A DNA stretch of 63,963 nt, counting the filler, from Thraustochytrium aureum (lineage: Eukaryota): the NCBI GenBank assembly GCA_012862495.1. It is 5 parts of 3 records of this genome, joined end to end, with 100 filler letters (N's around TTAATTAATTAA, not from the genome) between each part and the next. Parts side by side here need not be neighbours in the genome. Positions count along the whole stretch, not along the records: positions 16,981 to 30,064 come from BLSG01000114.1; 4 more parts are not named here. One strand, given 5' to 3'. Of this stretch, positions 21,723 through 30,164 are shown piece after piece (position 1 is the first letter of the stretch; each line of letters opens with the position of its first letter). The notes under the pieces were generated by a model. That model saw nothing but the letters and a program-made list of their open reading frames with translations. It was not told the origin of the DNA and did no database searches. Position numbers and translations under genes: made by a program.

Positions 21723-23195
21723 TCAGCGGTCGTTGCTCCCCGCGACAGCCCTGGGCACCCGCTTGGAATTGGCCTCGCGTTCTTCTGCAGGCAATTGGCG
21801 CTTCGAACGAGCGGCAGGTGGCGAGTCGCGAGACGCGCCTGCGGAAACGCGTCGCGTTGCCGGCAAGTGCAAAGCGCACCATCGCGTTGGCATCCCGCCA
21901 GGAGTCCAGCTGTGCGCTTTTGCAGCGCATCCCGCGACGACACAGATGGCGTTGACAACATCTAGCGAGCCAGGTCTCGCATGAGCCTTGCACCACATTG
22001 CGACGTCATTTATGTCGCCGAATTGAGGCTCTGCTGTGCACCCAGTGGCCACACACATTCGTACCACGGAAGGCACCGTTCGGGCGGGGACAGAGTGCTC
22101 AGTTTCGCTGCATGCAGCAGCAGCATGATCCTCGCCGCGTGGCGTTGCAGCAGCAGGGTTCTCGCCGCGTGGCGTTGCAGCAGGATCCTCGCCGCGTGGC
22201 GCTGCAGCAGGGTTCTCGCTGCTTGGCGCTGCAGCGTGATCCCCACTGCGTGACGCTGCATTAGCCTCGCGCTGCGTAATTCTGAAATGAACACTACACC
22301 ACAGCCGCTTGTCGCCCTTTCCTTTTGGGAAACCTGCGGTCTTGGTGCACTCGTTGAAGGCACAGCGCGCATTACGGACATCAACTGCGCCAGGCGGGCT
22401 GTGCTTCTTGCACCAGCGTGGCCTCTTCGGCTCTGTCCCGAAAGACCGTCGAATTGGGCATTCTGGAACGATGCAGCTTAGGTCGGAGACGGTTTTAGAG
22501 CGGCCAACCGAATGCTTCATGCACCACCTCTGCGGCAAGCCTTTCGCCAGTCGAGAAACAGCAACTTTCTCGCAGCCCTCAATTTCGCAGCGCTGTGCAA
22601 TGACATTTGAAGCGCCGTCTGGCGCGTGGGCTCTGCACCACAAGGGTTTGCGGTCCTCAATGCCAAACACTTTGAGCTTGTTGCATCCATCCACGGTACA
22701 GGTATTCTTGTTGAGCATGACTGATCCTTCGACGCGGTGTTCGGAGCACCACTGCGCATGGCGCTTTCCGGGCATCTTGAACCGGGGCATCTTGGTGCAG
22801 GACTCGAACTCGCAGGTCCTTGATTCGAGGTTTTTGGCATCCGGAGGGGCGTGCGTGCGACACCACCTCAGTGGCGCATTCTCCAGGCCAAAATACGCAA
22901 GCGTAGCGCAGCCCGGCTCGGCGCAAATCATCAGACGCACTTTGCCGTCTGGCGGGCAGTGCATATTGCACCACCTGACCTCGCGCGTCTTGCCGGTCCC
23001 CGGTCCGCACGTCGCAAACAACTCACATCCCTCGCGCTGGCACTTTGCAGCGGTCACATCAGCCGTCCCGCTGCGCGCATGCGGCACGCACCACATCGCA
23101 GGCCCGCCAGGCTGGCCCCATTTCGCGGGGCGTCTGCATCCGGGCTCGTGGCACCGCTCGCGCAAGTCTGTCCTGCTCCCGCGGTGCGGCGCCAT
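21723..23195 (-). CDS. EsV-1-7-type Cys/His repeat protein (10 repeats)
   Basis: Ten C-x4-C-x14~16-WC-x2-H units, e.g. CAEPGCATLAYFGLENAPLRWCRTH and CTVDGCNKLKVFGIEDRKPLWCRAH; ATG 23195. Confidence 0.8.
   Translation of the reverse strand: MAPHRGSRTDLRERCHEPGCRRPAKWGQPGGPAMWCVPHARSGTADVTAAKCQREGCELFATCGPGTGKTREVRWCNMHCPPDGKVRLMICAEPGCATLAYFGLENAPLRWCRTHAPPDAKNLESRTCEFESCTKMPRFKMPGKRHAQWCSEHRVEGSVMLNKNTCTVDGCNKLKVFGIEDRKPLWCRAHAPDGASNVIAQRCEIEGCEKVAVSRLAKGLPQRWCMKHSVGRSKTVSDLSCIVPECPIRRSFGTEPKRPRWCKKHSPPGAVDVRNARCAFNECTKTAGFPKGKGDKRLWCSVHFRITQREANAASRSGDHAAAPSSENPAAAPRGEDPAATPRGENPAAATPRGEDHAAAACSETEHSVPARTVPSVVRMCVATGCTAEPQFGDINDVAMWCKAHARPGSLDVVNAICVVAGCAAKAHSWTPGGMPTRWCALHLPATRRVSAGASRDSPPAARSKRQLPAEEREANSKRVPRAVAGSNDR
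22113..22244. repeat. Coding minisatellite (~30-bp unit) encoding (E-D/N-P-A-A-T-P-R-G)n linker
   Basis: Repeated CTCGCCGCGTGGCGTTGCAGCAG units inside the first EsV-1-7-type gene, between repeats 8 and 9. Confidence 0.85.
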
Positions 23196-23319
23196 CCGCC
23201 CCGGCCGCGCCAAGGAGCAAGCCCGACACGCGCCCTTTCGAGCCACACCAGGGCCAAAACGCAACCAGCGTCCGCGTTCAAGCGCGGCGGCGGCGGCGGT
23301 GGGCAAGACGAAGCGAAGC

Positions 23320-23580
23320 TCCTTGGGCTGGCGTTGCCACTCTGCTGGAGCAACGCCANNNNNNNNNNNNNNNNNNNNNNNNNNNNNNNNNNNNNNNNNN
23401 NNNNNNNNNNNNNNNNNNNNNNNNNNNNNNNNNNNNNNNNNNNNNNNNNNNNNNNNNNNNNNNNNNNNNNNNNNNNNNNNNNNNNNNNNNNNNNNNNNNN
23501 NNNNNNNNNNNNNNNNNNNNNNNNNNNNNNNNNNNNNNNNNTCCTTGGGCTGGCGTTGCCACTCTGCTGGAGCAACGCCA
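23320..23580. repeat. Identical 39-bp hairpin-containing sequence on both sides of an N gap
   Basis: TCCTTGGGCTGGCGTTGCCACTCTGCTGGAGCAACGCCA at 23320-23358 and 23542-23580; internal inverted repeat TGGCGTTGC/GCAACGCCA. Confidence 0.85.
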
Positions 23581-24070
23581 CCACGAATTCTCCTCCTCTT
23601 CTTTCAATTGAAAGGTCAAGATCAACGCGCCGATTTCGAAAGCTCGATGCCCTGGACGCAGACCTCGCAGATCGGCGGCCGGAGCTCGACAGCTGCTCGT
23701 GCAGAGGAGTTGGCTAAGCTTGGACCTGTCGAGCCTCCAGCGGGCTCGGAGCTGCAGGAATGGCGGCGTGATTGACACTGCTCGCGCAGGTTTGTGGCCA
23801 GGTCAGGGCGTGGTGAAAGAGGGTCTGGCGAACCCCGCCGCCGCAGAATCGCTCAGGTTTTCGGCGCCGCGGCGTGGAGCTTGCGCCGAGGAGCAAGCAG
23901 CTTGCGGGAGTACTGGTCAATTGGATAACATCTTGGAGGCTTTGTGGTGACTCTAGCGGGACAGGCCTGCCTGAACATCCCCGAACGGACCGCCTCACGG
24001 CTGCCCAGGGGACGGGAAGCGCGCTCGACGCCGCGGCCCGGCGCGTGGCAAAGAGGCGGCCCAGAGCGGA

Positions 24071-25195
24071 CTAGTCGGCGGCGTCGATCCTGGCTCGCTT
24101 GTGCTGTCTCAACGAGTTCTCCGGAACGAGGATCTCGGCACGCCTGCAATTCACCGGCTCGACTTGCGTTTCTACCGGGAAGCAAGGCTTACTCGCATCT
24201 GGCCTAACTTTTTCCTGGTTGCGGAACCGCCTTGACCCGCCAGGGCGGTGCCGTTTGCACCATTTGCACCGATGATCGACGGTGATACTGTAGATTGCAA
24301 TGTTTTCACACCCTTCGGTTTCGCACGTGGGGCTGAGCGCGTCAACTTCGCCGGGCGCGAGAGGCACGCGATTTGAGACCTCGCAGCCTTTTTTCGCCTC
24401 AAAGCTGTGGCTCGACTTTTTCGCCAGCTCTGTTCGCAGCGAGGTGCTGGGCTCCGTTGGGCTGGAACCAGGTGCCTCGCCCGTTGCTGCGCCAGTAGAC
24501 TGGGCCGCACGGCGGTGTTGCTTGCACCATTGCTTTGCCGAGCCGCGAAATGCGCCGCAAATCGCACGCCTGCCACAACCGGAGGCTTCGCACACAGGTG
24601 TTGCCCCGGGCACTTCTTGGTGAGCAGCAATGTCGTCGGCCCGAGCCGGGTCCGAAGAAGCCAAAATGCCACGGTGCGCTGCGCACCTCCTCGAAAGGCC
24701 ATCCGGGCCGCGATAGTTGCCGATCTTGCTGCAGGTCTGGAGCTCACACCGCGGGTTTTTCACGTCAGTCGCGCCGGGCGGGGCGTGGGACTTGCACCAG
24801 AGCGGGCAACCCTTGACCGTTCCGAACGAGGGGCGCGTCGAGCACCCCAGCGCGCTGCACTCTTTGTTGGCTCTCCCAGCGCCGGCTGGATTGTGTGCCA
24901 CACACCACCGTTTTGGCGAGCACTTGTTGAGACGGCACACGGCTTGCTTGTTGCAGTTTGCGATTTCGCAGCGCGGGTTGGTCACGTTGAAGGCGCCGGC
25001 TTCGGCGTGCGTTTTGCACCATCGCGGCAATTTGCGCTGGAACCCTTGCGATGCTCGGATTTCGCATCCTTCTACCTCGCAGGAGCCTTTGCTTTTTCTG
25101 GGTCCACTGGCGTCGTGCGCCGCAGCGTTGCCAACACGAACAGTCTCGCCGGTCGCGGCGACCTCGACGCCGACCGCTTTCGCATCCCTCTTCAT
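24071..25195 (-). CDS. Second EsV-1-7-type Cys/His repeat protein (6 repeats), tandem paralog
   Basis: CEVEGCEIRASQGFQRKLPRWCKTH, CEIANC..WCVAH, CSALGCSTRPSFGTVKGCPLWCKSH, CELQTC..CAAH, CEASGC..WCKQH, CETEGC..WCKRH. ATG 25195; an in-frame upstream ATG also exists. Confidence 0.8.
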   Translation of the reverse strand: MKRDAKAVGVEVAATGETVRVGNAAAHDASGPRKSKGSCEVEGCEIRASQGFQRKLPRWCKTHAEAGAFNVTNPRCEIANCNKQAVCRLNKCSPKRWCVAHNPAGAGRANKECSALGCSTRPSFGTVKGCPLWCKSHAPPGATDVKNPRCELQTCSKIGNYRGPDGLSRRCAAHRGILASSDPARADDIAAHQEVPGATPVCEASGCGRRAICGAFRGSAKQWCKQHRRAAQSTGAATGEAPGSSPTEPSTSLRTELAKKSSHSFEAKKGCEVSNRVPLAPGEVDALSPTCETEGCENIAIYSITVDHRCKWCKRHRPGGSRRFRNQEKVRPDASKPCFPVETQVEPVNCRRAEILVPENSLRQHKRARIDAAD

Positions 25196-25210
25196 CCTGA
25201 GCGCGCCGCG

Positions 25211-25272
25211 CAGCGCGCCTTCGCGCAGAGCGCCTTCGCGCAGAGCGCCTTCGCGCAGAGCGCCTTGGCGCA
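25211..25272. repeat. 15-bp tandem repeat (GCGCAGAGCGCCTTC) x3-4
   Basis: Visible immediately upstream of the proposed ATG of the second EsV-1-7-type gene. Confidence 0.8.
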
Positions 25273-26417
25273 GGCCGATTGGCGAGCAGCGGGCGCCGTG
25301 CTCGTGCACGGCCTGCGCAGCCCACGGCCGCCTGCATCGCAAATGCGTTTCTCTTACGCAGATGCGTATTAAATACGCAGATGCGTATTTGGTTTTGGTA
25401 GCGCGCGGGGAAGCGAGGGACTCGGATTCTGCTTGTTCAGGAGAGAGGTTGTGGGGTCGTCGGCAGAGCTCCATCAGCGACAGCCGCGGGGCAGCCAGGG
25501 GCAGGCCAGAGCGGTGCGGCACAGAGCGGTGCGGCACAGAGCGTTTCGGGCCTGCCAGGCTCAGGTCAGGCCGCGAACAGGCAGGTCGTGANNNNNNNNN
25601 NNNNNNNNNNNNNNNNNNNNNNNNNNNNNNNNNNNNNNNNNNNNNNNNNNNNNNNNNNNNNNNNNNNNNNNNNNNNNNNNNNNNNNNNNNNNNNNNNNNN
25701 NNNNNNNNNNNNNNNNNNNNNNNNNNNNNNNNNNNNNNNNNNNNNNNNNNNNNNNNNNNNNNNNNNNNNNNNNNNNNNNNNNNNNNNNNNNNNNNNNNNN
25801 NNNNNNNNNNNNNNNNNNNNNNNNNNNNNNNNNNNNNNNNNNNNNNNNNNNNNNNNNNNNNNNNNNNNNNNNNNNNNNNNNNNNNNNNNNNNNNNNNNNN
25901 NNNNNNNNNNNNNNNNNNNNNNNNNNNNNNNNNNNNNNNNNNNNNNNNNNNNNNNNNNNNNNNNNNNNNNNNNNNNNNNNNNNNNNNNNNNNNNNNNNNN
26001 NNNNNNNNNNNNNNNNNNNNNNNNNNNNNNNNNNNNNNNNNNNNNNNNNNNNNNNNNNNNNNNNNNNNNNNNNNNNNNNNNNNNNNNNNNNNNNNNNNNN
26101 NNNNNNNNNNNNNNNNNNNNNNNNNNNNNNNNNNNNNNNNNNNNNNNNNNNNNNNNNNNNNNNNNNNNNNNNNNNNNNNNNNNNNNNNNNNNNNNNNNNN
26201 NNNNNNNNNNNNNNNNNNNNNNNNNNNNNNNNNNNNNNNNNNNNNNNNNNNNNNNNNNNNNNNNNNNNNNNNNNNNNNNNNNNNNNNNNNNNNNNNNNNN
26301 NNNNNNNNNNNNNNNNNNNNNNNNNNNNNNNNNNNNNNNNNNNNNNNNNNNNNNNNNNNNNNNNNNNNNNNNNNNNNNNNNNNNNNNNNNNNNNNNNNNN
26401 NNNNNNNNNNNNNNNNN

Positions 26418-27608
26418 GAAGTGATGATCATGACGCACCCTTTCTTCGGGGAGATGGACTGGGACGAGCTGGAGCGGTACTCGACCTCGAACGAGATCGA
26501 GCCGCGCAGCGCGACCAGCAACACGGGCAACACGAGCGAGGCGACCTCAGAGGTGGATGCGCGGGTGTTCGAAGAGCCCGGATCTGCCAAGCAGCGCTCG
26601 TCCTCGCAAACAGACCCGGGCCGGGCAGGGCTGGACATGAAGGAGTACGCTGGTAACTTTGACGCCTCGCTGGACCAGCGGGAGAAGCTCCGCATACTGC
26701 AGCGCAATATGGGCATCTTGGGCTTTAACGGCATTGACGGGATAGACGACGAGGATGACGACGACTACCCGCGCCTCACGGAGGAGCAGCAGAACCTGTT
26801 TCGCGATTGGGCGTTCAACGTCGACTTTAAGCTCGAGCAGCAGCAGCGGCCCCAGTTCACCCTCCTGCAAACCGTATCGTCGATGGCCCCGGACCAAATC
26901 AAGCACTGGATCGTCTCGAGCAACTCCGAGTCACTGCGTGCGCTGTGTTTCGAGATGAAGGCCTACCGCGAGCAAGCAATGAAGGAGAACTTCGACCACG
27001 TCATGGCCGAGATGCGCATCGACAAGCTCATTGAAGAAAACCTGCGGCTTACTCGCCGGGTTGCCGAGTTGGAGGGTCGACTTTGCGTGGCGGGTGGCGT
27101 AGCGCCGACCGCAGGCTCGGACAGCGCTCGCGTCCCCGCAAGCGCAGAGCCTTCGGCTCGTCGCCAGTCGGTGCCCGAGATGATCACCCTCACCGTCAAG
27201 GACGAGTCCGGGCGGCTGTCTATTTCGGAAGTCACGACCCCGCGCAAGCCGGAGCCGAGCGAGGGCAGTGGGCGGGAGAATGATGCCACAGATGAGGACG
27301 AGGTTGTGTTGTTCTCCCCCTCGGAGCTCGGTGGCCGCAAGAGCATGGACGATCCGCATGCCTTGCCGGCCCCTGCTGCGCCAGTCAACCATCAAGTGCC
27401 TGAGAACACGCCGCCCCCGAGCCCTGGCACCCTTGATCGGTTTGCCGGGGAAGCGCAAGCGACCTCGACAGCGCGATTCCCACCGCCGCGCCCGCATTCG
27501 GTGCGCGCGCCGCTGTCAGAAGGTGTTGGCCGCCCTGCTGCGGCGGAGACTGCAGAGGCGGGCCAAAAGGCCTTGTCGAATCCTCGCCGCCGCGTCTCTG
27601 CAGAGTGA
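26418..27608 (+). CDS. AGC-group protein kinase, C-terminal part (catalytic domain hidden in gap 25592-26417)
   Basis: Begins with IMTHPFFGEMDWDEL (the HPFF..IDW..L end of an AGC kinase domain), then YAGNFD (NFD motif) and LTEEQQNLFRDWAFN (hydrophobic-motif-like), then a coiled-coil and low-complexity tail. Confidence 0.7.
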   Translation, partial: EVMIMTHPFFGEMDWDELERYSTSNEIEPRSATSNTGNTSEATSEVDARVFEEPGSAKQRSSSQTDPGRAGLDMKEYAGNFDASLDQREKLRILQRNMGILGFNGIDGIDDEDDDDYPRLTEEQQNLFRDWAFNVDFKLEQQQRPQFTLLQTVSSMAPDQIKHWIVSSNSESLRALCFEMKAYREQAMKENFDHVMAEMRIDKLIEENLRLTRRVAELEGRLCVAGGVAPTAGSDSARVPASAEPSARRQSVPEMITLTVKDESGRLSISEVTTPRKPEPSEGSGRENDATDEDEVVLFSPSELGGRKSMDDPHALPAPAAPVNHQVPENTPPPSPGTLDRFAGEAQATSTARFPPPRPHSVRAPLSEGVGRPAAAETAEAGQKALSNPRRRVSAE

Positions 27609-27643
27609 CATTGTCGAATCCTCGCCGCCGCGTCTCTGCAGAG
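27573..27643. repeat. 33-bp direct duplication (period 38) straddling the kinase stop codon
   Basis: TTGTCGAATCCTCGCCGCCGCGTCTCTGCAGAG at 27573 and 27611. Confidence 0.9.
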
Positions 27644-27849
27644 CGACGCGGGAGACCGGGTCGGGATCTGGTTTCAACGAGCAAGGCGAAGGGCAATGGT
27701 TGCTCTCTCTCTCTCTAGAGCTAGTAGAGAGAGACTCTATTGGGCTTGGCTCGGTCGGCGCATCGCGGCAGTTTCGGGAGTTCGATTAGCGACTGCTGCC
27801 CGCCCCAACATCGCGCGCGCCGTGTCGCCGCCTGTGCAGCATGCTAAAT

Positions 27850-30064
27850 CTAGTAGTACAAAACAAAAGGCTGGCGACTGCCCCCGTTGTCCGAGGGGCA
27901 CAGCTGCGCTTCTTCAAGCGCCTCCTCGAGGTCCGAGTCGGTCTCAATGACCTGGCTTTCGCCAGCCGCGGTGTAATAGCGGAGGATGCTTGCGCCATGG
28001 TCCCGCTTCATCGCCGCTACGCGGCCTCTGGGCGGTTGCGACGCGTCCAAGTTGGTGATGTCGCCGAGGAGCATCTCCACCACACGGCGATCCTCCTTGT
28101 GGCTTTCGCCAGCGCACTCCGTGGCGCGCTCGGTGCTGCCCTTGCCTGCGAGGTCATTCCCCGCCTTGGCTTTGCGTCGCCGAGTGGAGCGCTTGGATTC
28201 CCCTCTCGCGCTTTGCGTCGACCCCAAAAGGCTCTGCTGCTTTCCCTCCTGAGCCGTTCCAGCGACTGGCTCGAGCATCTCGGCATCAAAGGCTGCATCG
28301 AGCGAGCCCGGAGCCCCGGGCGCGGCGCCAGCAACTGCTGCCGCAAAGTCCGCGCGCGCAAGGTTCTGGCAAGAGGGCATGGGGCAGTACCAGGTGCCGT
28401 TGGGCAGCGCGAGCGCGGCCAGCTTGTGCGCCTCGTCTTCGTCTACGTCCTCGCAGAACAGGCGGAAGAGCTGGTCCAGCACGCAATACCGCAAGGGCAG
28501 CTTGCCGAGGCAGGATCTGTGCGCGCGCATGCTGCAGCTCTCGTTAGCGCAGATTGCGACCTGCGCCGGGTCCTCGGCAGACTCCANNNNNNNNNNNNNN
28601 NNNNNNNNNNNNNNNNNNNNNNNNNNNNNNNNNNNNNNNNNNNNNNNNNNNNNNNNNNNNNNNNNNNNNNNNNNNNNNNNNNNNNNNNNNNNNNNNNNNN
28701 NNNNNNNNNNNNNNNNNNNNNNNNNNNNNNNNNNNNNNNNNNCGTTGAAGAACCCTCCACTCTTGAACTGGGCGATGCAGCGAATCGCGCCCAGGTGGTC
28801 CATGGCCTGGCGCGTCACAGCGAACGGGATGGCCTCCGATCCTTGCGGCCAAGTCCACCAGCCCAAACCGTGTTTGTCCCCGCCCGAGAAGAACCCGACG
28901 TACCTGATGCGCTGCGACCAAGACGAGTCACTCGGCGCGCCCTCCACGCGCGACTCGCTTGCTGAGAGGAACAGGGTGCCCAGGCCGTCCTTGAGGTTGT
29001 CGCGCCACCACCCGACATAGCGTTCGCCGCCTGGCTTAAACTCCTGACCAAATCCGTGGCGCGAGCCGTAGCGCCACCCGCCGGAATACACGACATTGCC
29101 CGAGCGCTCGTCCACGAGCTGACCCCGGCCATGCCTCTCGCCGTGGCGCCATTCGCCCTCGAAGACGAGGTTGGGGTCTGACTCGAGCGCCTTGGTGCCA
29201 AACCCGTGCGGGCGGCCGTGCGCATCGCACTCCCCGTCGTACGCCGAGGCGTCTAGCAAGCGCGGCGGGAAGAGCTCGGCCCAGCACCTGTCCGCTCCCG
29301 CTTCCTCGGACCGCGCCGCCTCGGCAACCCAGTCTTCGACATGAGGCTCCACGACGCAGAGCCGCTCAAACTCGCGCAACAATTCGCGCGCGGCAGACGC
29401 GCCAGGGCCGGTGTCGTAGAGTGCCTCGGAGAGGTGCTGTTCCGTGAGGTCGACCCTGCTGCTGAGGGCGGCGCGCAGCTCAACGGGGGTTTTCGGTGGC
29501 GATTGCAGGTCGAAGTGCTCGTCGAGGCGCCACGCCTGCGCACTCCGGTCGCTGGCGATGGTGACGAGCGAGCGGCCACAGGCGGAGAAGCGCATGGCAA
29601 CGAGCGTGTTGGAGCGCGCCTGGAGGCTCGCAAGCAGGCAAAAGTGGCCGCGGCGCGCGCCTCCTGGGAGGGAGAGCAGCCACACATAGCACTTGCCGAT
29701 TCCGCGCCCACACGCTACGAGAATGTGCGACTCCGAGACTGCCCGGACTGCGCCGAGGCCGCGCTGTTTCGTGTGCGTGCCCGCCTCGACCACGAGTTCC
29801 GCGGGCCTGGCCTGCGCGCCGTCCTGCTCAGAAGCGCCCAAAAGCGGCGCAACGTCAAACACTTGCAGCGCGCCCTTGGAGCTCCGCTTCTCGCCGACGA
29901 ACAGGAGGCGCCCGAGGCAGCTGCGCACCGCCACGCCGGCGGCCTGCACGTGCAGCCTGTTCCCAGCCTCGCCCACCTTGAACCTGTTGCGCGTCTGCAG
30001 GTCCAGCAGCCACACTTCGCCGTTCGCAAACCCGGCAATGAACCGCTCCCCCTCCCGCGTCACG
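27850..30064 (-). CDS. Multidomain protein: beta-propeller-like + MORN repeats + PHD-like finger + PB1-like C-terminus (5' truncated by linker)
   Basis: MORN units YDGEC..GRPHGFG, FEGEWRHGERHGRG, YSGGWRYGSRHGFG, YVGWWRDNLKDGLG, YVGFFSGGDKHGLG; ICANESCSMRAHRSCL...GTWYCPMPSC; LRYYTAAGESQVIETDSDLEEAL; WD-like IAGFANGEVWLLDL and LVTIASDRSAQAW. Confidence 0.75.
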
Positions 30065-30164
30065 NNNNNNNNNNNNNNNNNNNNNNNNNNNNNNNNNNNN
30101 NNNNNNNNTTAATTAATTAANNNNNNNNNNNNNNNNNNNNNNNNNNNNNNNNNNNNNNNNNNNN
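30065..30164. other. Artificial scaffold-joining linker
   Basis: N44-TTAATTAATTAA-N44. Confidence 0.95.

Noticed and set aside
21723..25195. Endogenous giant-virus insertion
   Set aside because: No capsid, polymerase, packaging ATPase or integrase nearby; flanking genes are cellular and there is no obvious GC shift.
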